DNA from: Strigamia acuminata
Lineage: Eukaryota
Assembly: GCA_949358305.1 (NCBI GenBank)
Contig: OX442314.1
Location: 11,160,001-11,224,000 of the forward strand
Direction of reading: 5' to 3'
Length of the DNA: 64,000 nucleotides
The translations under genes and the position numbers were made by a program. The notes beneath the pieces are model-generated. The model did not search any database and was not told the origin of the DNA. It saw only the letters and a list, made by a program, of their open reading frames with translations. Positions 1 to 15,000 of this stretch are shown here, piece by piece (position 1 is the stretch's first letter; the number at the start of each line of letters is the position of its first letter).

Positions 1-3000
1 GCGAGTTCACCGAAGCCAAAATTTGCTTCCAGAATGCAATTGCGGTTAATCCGATTCATGTGAAGTCGCTGCAACATTTGGTGATTTTTTGTTTTTTTTG
101 GTTTTTAAAGTTTTTGATTGTAATTTAAATTTTTTTCTTTTCTTTTTCTTTTTTATGTTTGTTTAGGGAATGGTTTGCCATTATTTAGGCGGGAGTCATT
201 TAGCTGAGAAAACATTAAGGGATGCTGTGAAAATCGACCCGATGGCTCACAAATTGTGGTAAGTTCCATGTATATCGTGGGTTTATGTGCGTTGGAGCCG
301 TAGAGGCCGGAAAATTTGTGATGTATGAGAAGGAAAACTTTTTTATATGGATTTTAGGATTTAAAATAATCATGTTTTTCATGTGATGACTCCTTTAAAC
401 GGATTTTGTGATGAAAAATTTCGTCAAAAACGGATTTTGTGATGAAAAATTTCGTCAAAAACGGATTTTGTGATGAAAAATTTCGTCAAAAACGGATTTT
501 GTGATGAAAAATTTCGTCAAAAACGGATTTTGTGATGAAAAATTTAGTCAAAAACGGATTTTGTGATGAAAAATTTCGTCAAAAACGGATTTTGTGATGA
601 AAAATTTCGTCAAAAACGGATTTTGTGATGAAAAATTTCGTCAAAAACGGATTTTGTGATGAAAAATTTCGTCAAAAACGGATTTTGTGATGAAAAATTT
701 CGTCAAAAACGGATTTTGTGATGAAAAATTTCGTCAAAAACTATTTTTGTGATGAAAAATTTCGTGAAAAACGAATTTTGTGATGAAAAATTTCGTGAAA
801 AACGAATTTTTTGACTAAGCATTTCGGCAAAAGCGGAGTTTGTGACGAAAAATGTCTGCAAGAACGAATTTTATGTCGAAAAATGTCTGCAAGAACGAAT
901 TTTATGTCGAAAAATGTCTGCAAAACGAATTTTATGTCGAAAAATTTTGTTTACAACGAACTTTGAGTCGAAATGTTTAGGTCGAAACGATATTTTTGTC
1001 GAAACACGTCGTTAAAACCGTATTTCGTGAGTAAAATTTCACGAAACACGAATGTTTTAATCATTGAATTAATCGGTCAACGCACTTTATTGCCCGACCA
1101 AATTATTAACGCGAATTTAAAATTCGCCTGTCTGGCTCCAAAAAGCAAAGTTTGTTTTGCTTTTATTTCCCAACCAGAGCGCGAAGTAAGAGCAATTAAA
1201 GTGCTTTACGTGTCAAGCTTGAAGGATCAGTCTTTATAGGGCAAGCATTGCAGAACACGGTGTTGCAGTGGTAGAAGAGAGCCGCAGAAACCTGCAGAGT
1301 TGATCAATAACAGCAGTGCGGAGCTGGAATATTCCACTATGCTCCTCCGCGCGCTTCTCCCCGAGTTCTGCACCATTCTCCCGTTCCACCCTCAACTAAA
1401 AGCACCGATTCACTTGAATTTCACTAAAAAAAAAAAAAAAAAATTTCCACTTCCAGTGGTCAAATGAAACAACATTTTGCGCCTTTATTATTATTATTAT
1501 TATTATAAAAAAAAAAAAAAAAAAAAAAAAATATTATCAAGTTTGTCTCTTGCAAGTCATTTTCGAGCTTCCCGGAAATGTCGGTTGGAGATTGGCCAGA
1601 AAGGACCGCCCAATATTTCAATTTACAAGTACCACTCACCTTTTTTTTTTTTTTATTATTTTTATTTATTTGTTTTAATTGCTTCATTTCCTTCTCAGAA
1701 TGAGAGTGACGTCATTTTAATGTCGTTTGTTGAGGAATTTTGTTTACGTTTTACTTGAAAGTTCGATAAGGATGGATTAGCGAATTGCCCATAGGGTTAT
1801 ATTGGCGCTATGAAGACATTAGAGTGGGCGGTGCAATTGGCCAAGCAGACTTGGCAAGAGGATTTGTCCTCGTCTTTTTCGAGCAATTGAATCAAATGTT
1901 GTGTGTTTGTGGCTTAGGGATGTCGGCAAATATTGAAAATATTGCAGTTTTGACGTGTTTGCAAAAGTAATTGTAGAAATGTCTCTTGTTTGTGGAAATT
2001 TGTGCAGTTTGATGCGGATTGCGGACGAATGTTGATGTTGATAGCTCTGGGATCGATTTTTCTAAATAGAGCTCTTTGGTTTCTTGCTTCAGATTAAAGT
2101 GTATATCTACCTACAGGGTTGGAAATGAGGCTTTAGACTCTTTGGGGAGTTTTCAATTTTGAGGATGGATTTGTTTGTCATCTGTCACAGTGTGAGAATG
2201 ATTTCCGAAAGAGTTGCAAAATGTTGCGGCAGCGGGCGCTTTTTAATCACTTAGTGGACAAGTAACGGCAGGGGCGGGTCGTGGGGGCCATTGGGGTGTC
2301 ATTGGCCACTCCCTGGAAGAAACATTTAATTTTGGACCAGATACATTTAATTTTGGACCAGATACATTTAATTTCAGACCAGATACATTTAATTTTGGAC
2401 CAGAAACATTTAAGTTTGGACCAGAAACAATTAATTTTTTAATTTTGGACCATAAACATTTAAGTTTGGACTAGAAACATTTAATTTTGGACCAGATTCA
2501 TTTAATTTTGGACCAGAAACATTTAATTTTGGACTAGAAACATTTAATTTTGGACCAGAAACATTTAATTTTGGACCAGAAACAATTAAATTTTTAATTT
2601 TGGACCATAAACATTTAAGTTTGGACTAGAAACATTTAATTTTGGACCAGATTCATTTAATTTTGGACCAGAAACATTTAATTTTGGACCAGAAACATTT
2701 AATTTTGGACCAGAAACATTTAATTTTGGACCAGAAACATTTAATTTTGGACCAGAAACATTTAATTTTGGACCAGATTCATTTAATTTTGGACCAGATT
2801 CATTTAATTTTGGACCAGAAACATCCGATTTCCCGTGATTTCCCAAGATTCCGTACGCCAACTGCAGCCAGTAAATAAGTTACCATCGTAATACATATAT
2901 ATATTGTATGATCTTTCCACCTAGCATTGCCTTTATTAAATAAGGGCTCCATGTTTGTTGTAGCTTATGGTACCGCGATAATAAATCCAAGCCTGATTTC

Positions 3001-6000
3001 AGTCCACTACACAGACAGCAACGACTAAACCAAAAACCCACAGAGTAAACACAATAATAAGACCATTAAACTGAAAGCAACAAACAAATCACGGAAGAAG
3101 TAAAAAAAAAACACCAATAGTAAAACCCGCCAAAAAAAGACGAAATAAACTACCCGAAAAGCAACAAACCCAGCTACTGAACGGAAAGCAATAAACAAGT
3201 CACAATTCTATGAAAATCCGAATTCTACTTTTCTGGAAAACTGATCATGTAAACATACCTGTTTTGCGCAAATTTTATTTGCACGAGGTAGGTTTTTGGT
3301 GTTAGCGCAATCGCCATTTGCTTAACCAATAAAATAAAATTCTATTTTTCACTTATCTGGAAAACTATGTGCGTGTAAACCCGGTAAATGGTGGCCCCTT
3401 AGACTGGCACCCGGGAGAGGGGCATTTGCCCCCTATGATCCTCCATTTGTGCTCTTCGGTCCATAAAAGTAAAAGCCACGGAGCAAAAAGAGAAACGCAT
3501 GAAGGAAAAAAGAAAGAAAGGAAGGAAGGAAAAGGACATGGAAAGATACGTGTTTTTTGTTCGATTTTTATTCACTTCACCGTTTAGATGTTCTTGGCGC
3601 TTACTCGGCTTTCCTGTACACTTTTACGGCTTTTTCACGTAACGAAAGGCTAAAATAGTAACGATTATACTTGTTTGTTTTGTGTAAAGATGGCGCGGCA
3701 TAAAGATATATGTGGGAGAGAAAGTTTGTTAGTAAAATTCAAACGGCATTAATCAGCAAAATACATTCAGTGCGAGATTAATAATCCTTCATTGCACACA
3801 GGTGTTTGCAGGTACTCAGTCGTTGTGCACACGGTGTTTTTGGCGCTCGTCCAAGTCGGATTGAAAATTAATGGCGCTGTCAGTGAAAGCGGCCAATGTG
3901 ACCATCGTTTTTCGGTCGGATTTGCGCGCGAACAAACGGACGGGTGTGGCTAATGCACTATCAATCAATCACTCGATAGCCATCGGTTATGCATTCTTTT
4001 TTTTATTGTATGCGATAAATGAGACAAATTAGGAATGCAAAAGGGCGGAGAAATTTCTATTTTATTCTTTTGCTCCCATTTTTTCGCATTTAAATTAAAA
4101 TATGGATTTCTTCTAGCGAGAACTTCGACTTTTTTTTAGCGAAAAGTCAGAGGCGCATCATCGTATTTCCAGGGGCCCCATTTCAGTTGACCAATGAACC
4201 AGTAATAAGTAGACCCCGGATAAATGCATAAATGCATACAATATATTTATATTCAATAAAATAAAATATAAAGATTTGCTAAATTACTAGACTTTGACCG
4301 ATATCCATATTTTACAATATCGCCGATTCCGATAAAGATTCTGTAGAAATTCTAAGGTTGGCGTCCGACGGCATGGACGGTAGCGGAGGCGTTCGAGCGC
4401 GCACGGGCCCTGCTCGTAGCGGCACTGAGACTGTTCTGACAGTTGCTCGTGGTGTAAAGTCATCTTAAACACCGGAAATAAACTGGAACTTTTATGTCCA
4501 CCAAACAAAATTCATTAGAATGGCCCCGATTACGGCTCAAAAAAAGGGTTCGTGAAGGGGCCTAGATATTAAATCAGCCTCTGGGGCCTCGAGTGGTATA
4601 AATGTGCCACTGAGGATTATTTCTTCAGTTTTCGACCGCTGACGTCATTGCAAGAGCCAATTACTCTATTCTTACATGAGAAATTACCATGAGAAAAAAA
4701 CGGGTGATTAATACTGGCTCGGTTCTGCTATTTTTACCTGAGGAAGGAAAAGATTGAGTTGGGAGCTTACTATACTAATCATAATTACCTACGTCATTCC
4801 TCTATTCCCTTCCCGCCCTCATTGGGTTAACAATTAAAAGTTGATAAGAATATAAAAACAATAACAAGGTGGTTGCTGGGGATTACCTTCTAATTATTCC
4901 TCTCTTCTCCTAAATAAGGATCTATAAATTAATGTTGCCAGCAGCAACTACATGTCGCATGTGGCATGTCACAAGATAACAAGGTATATGACTACCAATT
5001 AGAAGCTAGGTATGACTAAAGAAAGAAAAAGCTGGGAGAAGTGGAGAAGGAGCGGCAAAGGATGGCTGGAAGAGGAGTTTCGTATCTTTTCTGGCTTGAC
5101 TAATGCATAAGCTGTTGGTTTTCTAGCGCTGAACAGCTGGATGGAGGTAGAGTTGGACTTTAATGAGTGCTAGTTGTATTGGGCTTTCGCTTTGCGGTAG
5201 AAGTTGATAATTAATTATTTGTTGGGAAGGTATTTCTCTTGATATTTAGTGGCGAATTTAATTATTTAATTACTGCCTGGCCAATTTTGTAGATGTTTTT
5301 GGCATAAATTAATAAACCGTAAAAGCGACTTAATGAATCGAAAATCTTACTAATAATTTGTTGACTGGCAGTTCGTACGTCACGCTAAGTTCTGGTAGGT
5401 CAAAGTGGATCACGTGATGTGTTAGCACCGTCTGATAATGGGAAAGTTTATACATTTATAAATTGAATTGAATGTTATAGTACGACACAATAATGCTTCA
5501 ATGCTAAAGTTTCGTTTCGATTCGTCAACAGTTGTGCTCGCCACGATTTTTCGAAAAATAGTGGTTGTCTACCCTTTTACGTAGCTCCATTATGACTTTT
5601 TTTGAGGGCCTTGGAGATCCATATATCCAATTTAGAAAAGTTTTCTGAGATATAGACGGTCTCAAATCTGTTTAGTTTTTAATTTTATCTCATTCTGTTT
5701 ACAAGTTATGAGAAATATTCTAAATAGTCCCTTTTTGGAGTTTTTAATTTTTTTCTCTTTAACTATTCATTTTTTTCCAAAAAACTTTTAACGAAATGAT
5801 AGCTCTAACAATCCTTTAAATCCTCCTAAAACCATTTTTACTTGTGAGAAATAGTTTCTGAGAAATTTCAAATATTAAAAGTTTCAAAAATAGGGTATGC
5901 CATTTTTTTGGCAAGGAGTTGTATAGTAACGTCTGAGTCTGAACTACCAATTGATTCAGTTAGGGCTGGACATACGGAGGATATGTGACTTTCCTTTCTG

Positions 6001-9000
6001 TATCAAGTGTACCTAATGTGAGAGGACTGCCATTCAAATGCACTGTGAAGAGTTATGGCATGAACACTAGCCAGGGCCGGAAGACTACCACATGCTTGGT
6101 TTGCTCAGGGGCTTGCATCTAATGGGAAGCCTGGGCCTGGGAAGTATAGATCTCTTTCTGCAGTAAGAAATGAAGCTATCATCTTGAAATTACATTACAA
6201 AATAACACTGAGTTCCAGCAGTTAGATTACGCAGCTGCTATATTAGAAATGACATCTTTAACCTTCAACTCTTGTTCAATCACAGTGACTCTGGTAGAGT
6301 TGAAACAGTATGTGTTCTGCATCTGGTGATGTTGGCTGTTAGATATTTTTGTGTTATGGCGAGCAGACAGAAACGGCAATAAACTGACCTTATTATCAGC
6401 TCACTAGTTTACTATGTCATCAATTCATGTGTCATGGCGTTTGGTCGTTTATAACATTCACCAAGATAGCACTAAAAGTAATGTACAATACACTAAAACA
6501 CAGTTAATGGCAGGTAGTTTATCTGCATTAGGGAGTTAGCAATTTTTTGGGAATATCTCCCAAACAACCAATGTTCAACTTTCAGTCAGTGAGGCCCCGG
6601 AGCACAACCTGATTTTGAAGCCCCACCCACTGGAAAGATTTTAAATTTTATTTTTTAAGGATGGGAAACAAAAATCGTTTTTGTTGCCCTAAGCGCTCGC
6701 TTCCTGCACCTGTGCGGTGATCTGCCACCACTGTTTTATCTTCAAGACCAAAAATTCATACTTAGACCAAAAAAAATCATTTTAGGCCGAAAACAATCAT
6801 TTTAAAGCTGAAAACAATCATTTTATGCCAAAAACAATAGATTTTAGGCCAAAAACAATAGATTTTAGGCCAAAAACAATAGATTTTAGGCCAAAAACAA
6901 TAGATTTTAGGCCAAAAACAATAGATTTTAGGCCAAAAACAATAGATTTTAGGCCAAAAACAATAGATTTTAGGCCAAAAACAATAGATTTTAGGCCAAA
7001 AACAATAGATTTTAGGCCAAAAACAATAGATTTTAGGCCAAAAACAATAGATTTTAGGCCAAAAACAATAGATTTTAGGCCAAAAACAATAGATTTTAGG
7101 CCAAAAACAATAGATTTTATGCCGTAAACAATCATTTTAGGCCGAAAACAATACATTTTAGGCCAAAAACAATTATTTTAGGCCGAGGACAATACATTTT
7201 TAGTCCAAAACAAAGAAAAGTTAAACTCCCTTGTATGTTTTCCGGGGTCTGCCCCTGATTTAGTTAAATTGCAAATGTTGGTCCACATTTGTAGTTTGTT
7301 GCTTAGTTGTCAGACAAAGCCTAGGGAGGCAAAATAAGAGGCAACAGTTGCATCGAATGTGGCCACAAAAAGTCAGTTATTACTTGGGCGTGTTCAATTG
7401 GAAATGCAACACAGTCCAGAGTTAGTTTGTACACAAACAACAAAGAAAACTGTTGGAGAAGAACAATTTTATTTCTTCACTTTCTTGCAAACTTTTTTAG
7501 ATACCCCACTAGGTTTTGCATAACCTTATGCCAAAAGTTCCACTAATATGTTTTTATGTGTCACCAAACTAGGGAGGAAAACAAACTCATCTCACCATGA
7601 AGCACTGGGTGCACTTAATTTTTAATTTTCTGATACCGACGCCTTTTTAACCCCTTTAACATGGAGATGTGGGCCAAAGTCCAAATTGTTATGCGTTGGA
7701 GGGTTATATGAGTTAATTTACATCATGTTTTAATGAATTTGCCAGAATGACATGTAAAAGTGACACGCAGAAGAAACTCCCTCTTGCAAGGTGGTCTACC
7801 ATTTTGGAAGTCCTCGACAGGCTTGGTTTGTCGGTAGTCTGTATAAAAGAGAAAATCAATTTTTTTAAAGGTTTTGGAAGAAGTAGCTTCATTTTGAAGA
7901 CATTTTAATGGTTTGATAGTAAAGTTGCTCTAACTGCTTTATGTGTGTGCAGTTGGCAACGGCTGGATCTCGCAAAAGTCATTTGGATATACACAAAGCT
8001 GTAAATTCAATGTTCCTTTCTACTTCAAACATATGTAAGAAAATGCTTTTATGAATGAACATACTTAAATTGTAGTCACATGGTTCAGTTTTGCTAAAAG
8101 AAAGAAAAGAAACGTTTTTTAAAAATGTGAGTAAAGGCATAATTATGCACAAACAGGTTAGTTATACTCTGTCCCGATACAACGTTGTTCTATTTCCCAA
8201 TTGGTTGAAACGGATTATGCCTAACTGTGGACTGTGCTCTACTACGCGAGAAAAGTAGTTCTGTTTATTATCAATGAATTTTCGTGTAAAAAGTGATTAT
8301 ACTCGAGTTGCACTCAAAAAGGCACCTCACAATGTGTACTCCCATTGGTCGAGCCAGTTTACTACTAACTCCAGACTGTATACTACTACTAGGAGAAGTA
8401 GTTTTGTGATTGTTATGACTAATTTAGTTTGTTATTTTGATTTTATTTAATAAAAAATGTTATTTCCACCATTAAAATGAAGTTTCACACATTAAAAAAT
8501 GTCAAACTCATGTTTGTTGTGTTTATTGCTTACATCGTCTGGAAGTTTGAATTTTAGGCTGTTGCCTAGACAATTGATTACAATGTCTGTACATTGTAAT
8601 GCAATTCTGGTGTTTGGGTCTACTTTTCCGGATCACTACACCAGTAAACTGGCTCGACCACACATTGTGAGGTGCCTTTTTGAGTGCAACTCGAGTATAG
8701 AAGGATGGATTTTATTATTTATTTGGTAATAAAATATTTATTTCATTTGCTAAAAGAAGCTTTTTCCCCTTTTAATCAATCAAACAATGTTAGCATAGTT
8801 TGTTGGTTTCTTTTGGCAGGTAAACAAAGGTTTAGTTTTTTATTGGTTGTTTTGCCTAGTTAGATAGCAATTCTGTGCCACTACATAGCATAAGACCCAA
8901 AAAAACTACACTATAAAGACGCCCAAAAACGAACAGAGTCACAGTTACGCAAGTTTTTGCCTTCTGTTTTTGCTGTTTATAAAAACACCAAAAACTACAG

Positions 9001-12000
9001 AAACAGAAACTTTGAATGCCCCTATAGGTTTCTTGCTGCAGCCATTAGAAAGTTGAATTGAATCCTACTTTCTTTTCGCGTAGTTTGGGTTTTTTTTTAA
9101 GCAATGATTGCTTTAACGGTCATGTATTCGTAAGCAACAAAAGGGACTTTTCTTTATCTAAATTTAACACAAATGGAAGGAAATCTATTTTCACTCAAAC
9201 AAGACTGTAAGAAAAAAAAATCTTTTAAGAAGTTCTTCTAATTGAAGTTGGATTTCATTGTTTGATTTGATAATCAATAACTGAACTGGACATTTCCTGC
9301 TTTTTGAGGAGGAAAAAACACATTGACGAAAGTGGTGTTTCTAGCCAGCATGTCAACAATAATCACTGTTTAATACGATGACCATGAAACGCCGTTATTA
9401 TAACTGTAAAGCCTGCAAGCTGCAACACTGACAATAACACTGTGTCCGCAAGCCACAGGAAGAGCTCAATTGAAAGGCTGATCATAAAGTGAAACAAGGT
9501 CGTGCAAGATCATAGGTGAAGGTTGGTGGTTTGATGATTAATTTAATGTCTGCTCAGTTGTGTTGAGAGGCTAAGGTCAAACACATGCCAGGAAGGGAGG
9601 AAACCACTACACCACCTTCCTGGAACTTTTGCCCATCAACATAAGTTTGCTTTTGAAATGTCTTCTTTAACGTGAGACATCAACGAAGAAAATCACAGAA
9701 AAAAATGGAATATTGGTAATGATAACGCCAGACTTCCTATTTCATGGTTAATAAATGATTTCTTTACTTGGGTTTAAAAGGCATTGTTGGGTCCAAATTT
9801 GCAACAAAATAATGAATCTTCATGGTGATCTACAGGCTGGCTACGCGGTGGCGCCACTGAAATATGACGTTTTTATGACATTCTTGAGCCTCAGCAACAT
9901 CAAAGGAACCGACACTGGGTTGTCATTCTGTATGTTTAATGCTGGGCGCAGACATACCGCGATTTCGCGTCGCGTTGCAATCGCGTTGCCATTGCGCATG
10001 CCCAGATGACGTCATTTCCTTCGCGCCGGTTGGAAATAGTACTTGTCCCAAGTACTATTTCGCCCGCGATTCGTGTTGCAGCCAATCCCGTGAGCTGTGT
10101 GAAATGACGTCATTTCATTAACATTTTTGGTTGCTGTGTGAATGCTGTGGAATGACGTCATAAGTTTGAATTCGCAGAGCTGAAATAGCTACATGTGTGT
10201 AGCACTGCGTGCGATTCACAGCGCGATTTCGCTAGCGAAATCGCGACGCGACGCAAAATCGCGGTATGTCTGCGCCCAGCATTATTCTGTGGCACATGAG
10301 CCTCTCAAAATGACGTCACTTCCTGAAAATAATGCAGATTTGGTGCGAATTTTCGAAAAGAAACATTTTCTATTCGAGAGATTATTTTGTATTCAAGGTC
10401 GATCAGCGCCCGGTGCGATTGTTTTTGTGCGCCCCGTCGTTCATTGTTTTCAGTGCTTGTTGGTGAATTTTGGGCGCATTAATGCGTTGTATTTGTCTTG
10501 GTGCCCAGTGCGGTTGCACCACTCGATCGCTTCTTGATACTGCTCTGGATAGCACATCTTTGTTTGGCCAAAACCCGCTGTAGGTATGAACCCCTAAACA
10601 ACTATTTTGCAGTAGTGATGGCCACATATCTGCAGCTTATACGCATGTGTGAACCAGCCTTTAGAAGAAGCAGGAAGAAAAAAACACCTATAACTTAACT
10701 TTCCCATAGCCATGGGGAGGTCAGAAAAATTGCAAAGTAGTAAAATAACCATAACTCTTTATTACCTGAAAATTAATTTATGGGACCAATTTTAATTCTT
10801 CTGAAATTTTTTTTTATAATTTTATAATGACTGAAGGTGTCAACACAAGGGAGCGGGTAAAATTCCAAAGCTTGCTAGTAGTAGCTTGACTCGCTTTTGG
10901 CTTACCAGCTTAACCGACAAACTCAAGTTAGCTAGGTAGCTAGCTAGCTGGCTGCCAGAAATTTCCGCCAAAATCTCCTCAAGAATATCCTCACGATTCT
11001 GATTGGCTGTCAAAGTCACATGACCAAAACACCAGCAAGCTTGAAGCTGGTAAATCAAACTCAGTTTGATCGGAGCGGGTAAGTACAAGCGCCGAGCCGT
11101 ATCACTGGTGTAGTGATCCAAAAATGTAGACCCAAACACCAGAAATGCATTACAATGTACAGACATCGATTGCCTAGGAAACCGCCAAAATTTCAAAATT
11201 GTTTGCTTTCCAGACAAAGCAACCAATAAACAGAACAAACATGAGTTTTACATTTACGTGTGCATAAAACTTTATTTCCTAAATGGAAATAACATTTCTT
11301 TATAAAAATAATCAAAATTATATCAACTTAAATGGTATTAGCAATCACAAAACATAATAAAAATAAACACTACTTTTCCTAGTGGTATTAATTAATACAG
11401 ACTGGAGTTAGGAGTAATGTGGTTCGGCCAATGGGAGAAGGCCACCCTTTTGAGTCGAACAAGAGTATAATAATTATTTTTAGCTATAACAACTGTGGTG
11501 TCCATAACCCTTTAATAAACTGGCTTTTGCAAAATTCGAACATTGTAGCAAGATCTTTCTCTGTAGGCTTAGATTGACCGAGGCCTTAATTGCATCGCTG
11601 GAAGTAAAATTGACCAGTTATTAAAGGCCAATTGCACCCAGCAGAAGAAAAACGTTATTAGCCAGCTTATTATAGCTGCAGATATTAACTTTTTCAGTGA
11701 AATGGTGTGTCACAATTTCCACTGAATATAATTCTGCAAAGTGTTTCAAAGGCACACACACACTTGCATTGCATGTGTAGTGACAATCAATCACTGAAGC
11801 ATGCTTACTGCTTGGTGTAGATTATTATCAATCAACCACATTTCACCTACATAGTTTATAAATAAATATACTTCTGGCATTTACTAATTCGTTCATTATA
11901 TCAGCTTTAAAGAGGCTAGATTAAGTTAAGCAAGTTTGGATGAGCTTCAAGTGCTATCACTTCGAGGTAACATTAAAGATTAATGTCCAGTGATGTCTGG

Positions 12001-15000
12001 AAGATGAATTTGACCATTTATCAGTGTGAACAGTTTAGTCCAATATACTACATACTATGCTACATTTAAGGATGGCCAAGGTATTGCAATAGGGGTGTCC
12101 AATTATATGTTTCAACCGTGATGGCCTTAAGGTGCATTTTCATTAGCGAGAGAAATGTTTGCTACTCTAAAAACTGCATGCGGGTTCAGGCTCTTCTAAT
12201 TGGTCCCAGACAGTCATGTGGTCAACATATCGCAGGGATTTGGACGCACGCGACAGACTTAACCACAGTAGAGGGAGAGAGACAGTAGCGCAATATACAC
12301 TAATCCCCATAGACATGTGTTCATTGCGCATGCGCATATTCTCTCTGGTGGTCTGAAGATAGTGATTTGTTGCTTTTAATGTAAGTGTAGGAAAAGGTGC
12401 CAACGAAAGGCGGGAAAGATTACTACAGAGCGTAAAAGACGATTTCATTTATTAAAATTGTTTTTATTTAAGAAATATGAGTACTAACTGAATTACCTAC
12501 TTGAATAATTATGTTGAAGGTACTTCGGAGCTTGCGGCATGCAGTTTTTCCTTATAATTTGCTGTAACGAGAAAGCGGAAAAGTTTTCTTTGCGAAGTGG
12601 TTCCGGTTACCAAACAAACTAACATTTGAAATCCAAAATAGAAGATGCTTTTCAAGCAAAGACAACTTGCTGTTTTTATGGCTTCTAAGCTTAAACAATT
12701 CTGGGTTATTGCAATTTGAAATGCATTTACAGATGAATGGAGAAACGGGCAATTGACCTTTGGAAAATCTGTTGAAATTCATGTAAATGTGCTGAAATCC
12801 TTGCAAATATGCTTAAATCTTTACAAATTCATGCAAATCTGCTTAGATCTTTACAAATCCATGCAAATATGCTTAGATCTTTACAAATCCATGCAAATAT
12901 GCTTAGATCTTTACAAATCCATGCAAATCTGCTTAGATCTTTACAAATCCATGCAAATCTGCTTAAATCTTTACAAATCCATGTTGTTGTAACCTGTTTT
13001 AACTTAATTATTCCTAACTAATTAAACTAAGCTACAAGCGGTTGCCACACCGGATATTATCAAAACTAAGCAGAAAATATTAATAAGAGATTAATGTTTT
13101 CTCAAATCAAACACGTAAATAATTTATTCTGGGATTAGAATAAGTTTAACACAGTTTATATGAAATATTTGGATACATTCTTTGATACTGAAATTATACA
13201 TTGAATATATTAATAAACTGAACTGTGTTAATGAATGGAAAATGATACGTAAAATGACGACGGCGATGGCTTGTCGACGTCGGTGTGTGTCGCGATGGCT
13301 TCTCGTGACGATAATCGATCAATTTTGGCCCGAAATAATTCGGTTCTCTTCACTTAAAAAATAACGGAAAATATTCCGAAATCTTATCTCTACTTCTACT
13401 CACAAACTGCACGACGACAAACAATTCGTGGCGACTTCAAGCAATTCGGGACCTTTCTCGGCTTGGGCGGCACAATGAGCTCCGTAGGTTGCGATGATGT
13501 CGACTTTTGGTTTCTACTTCACAAGCGCTTGACAAGCTCAAGGCTAGGCTAGGGTCTCAGCTCAATTTAGTTTTGACTGAGCAAAGAATAACTCTCACAA
13601 CAAGGATATTTGTTGCAAGAAAGCTTTCACTAACTGTGAAAGGAGTCTAAATTATTGGCAAAGTAGTCACAAATTACTGCGGTGAATTTTGTGTTTCAAG
13701 GAGCAATTTCTGGGTGACTTTTCATGACAATGGTTTGGTTTAAACTGCCTTCTCAGAGACATAGGGGCTTGTAGGCCTGTTGCCCTGGCAACGACCTAAT
13801 TGTTCATGAGAACCAACTTTTTTGGATAAAATAAAAAATGATAAACAGAAATAATTCTGACAAAATAAAATATATATTTCCAATAAATATTTTTAGTTTT
13901 AGTTTTGTCCTAGAAAATGAGAAAATGAGATAAATAGTAAAATAGAAAAACGGACAAAAAGAAAAATTGATGCGTATTTTGGATTTAAATTTGGAATTGA
14001 TGATGTCATTACACCACAATAATTCAAAATGGGTGTTAATGGCTGCGATGACGTCATTGGCTGTCATTGCTACAGCATGGATTTGAGAACTGATGTCATT
14101 TTGCGAAAGTTGCAATTTGATCGATTTTGACCGATTTTGACTGATTTTGATTAAATTTTTTGGTGCTTTTTATTATTTCACTTTTATACGGAGCAGCTGG
14201 CTGCGGGTGAACAGCTAGTGAAAGCTATTGTTGCCAATGCTGGCCATGACAGCCAACGTACACAACTTCTGGTTTCACCGGAAGTAAATCCGTTTTTATT
14301 TCCCGTCGACATCCGACGCCATAATCAAAGGAACTCTGAACGTGATAACGTCATACTCGTATGATGCGTCACAATGTAAACAAAATTCCATGGTGGGAGT
14401 TGCGCAAAGAAATTATATTTTTTTTTGGATACAAAATGAACCCTGCAGCTCGGCTTTAATACAAGTCTCCATATTAAATTATATAATTCATTTGACTTTT
14501 ACCACTTTACGATGTAACAAGAAAAATCACAGAAGTGATCCCCATGAAAAAATAAATTTAAAAATAAATAAATCCTATTAAAGAATATAATAATTCTATT
14601 GAGTGGATGTAACCAAACACTTTAGATGGTGATGTCACCGTCACAAATGGCTGAAGAATGTAGGAAGTACTTGGAAAGTTTAGTCATGTTTGGTCATGCT
14701 GATTTCTGACGCAGATAAATAAATAAATAATGGCGATTAACCAAAATGAAAATTTAGCAAATTTTACTCACAATTTTTCAACTTTCTTAACAATTTTTTC
14801 ACATTTTTTTACGTTTTTTTCGAGTTTTTTCATTTTTTTTCGAGTTTTTTTCAAATTTTTTCGAGTTTTTCATGTTTTTTCGAGTTTTTTCACATTTTTT
14901 CGAGTTTTCTTCACATTTTTCGAGTTTTTTCATGTTTTTTCGAGTTTTTTCATGTTTTTTCGAGTTTTTTCATTTTTTTTCGAGTTTTTTTCAAATTTTT

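Noticed and set aside
397..960. 31-bp repeats as a CRISPR array
   Set aside because: Head-to-tail units with no unique spacers, no cas genes, and located in a eukaryotic intron.
5530..5925. Possible Tc1/mariner-type MITE remnant
   Set aside because: Only one plausible terminus (GGCAAGGAGTTGTA); a matching TIR could not be established.
6263..6305. Hairpin TTCAACTCT...AGAGTTGAA as a pre-miRNA
   Set aside because: Stem too short, and no match to a conserved miRNA that I recognise.
6818..7156. Repetitive ORFs (also 2586-2878, 12753-13021, 14730-15209)
   Set aside because: Translations of minisatellites, open in several frames or strands, with no gene context.
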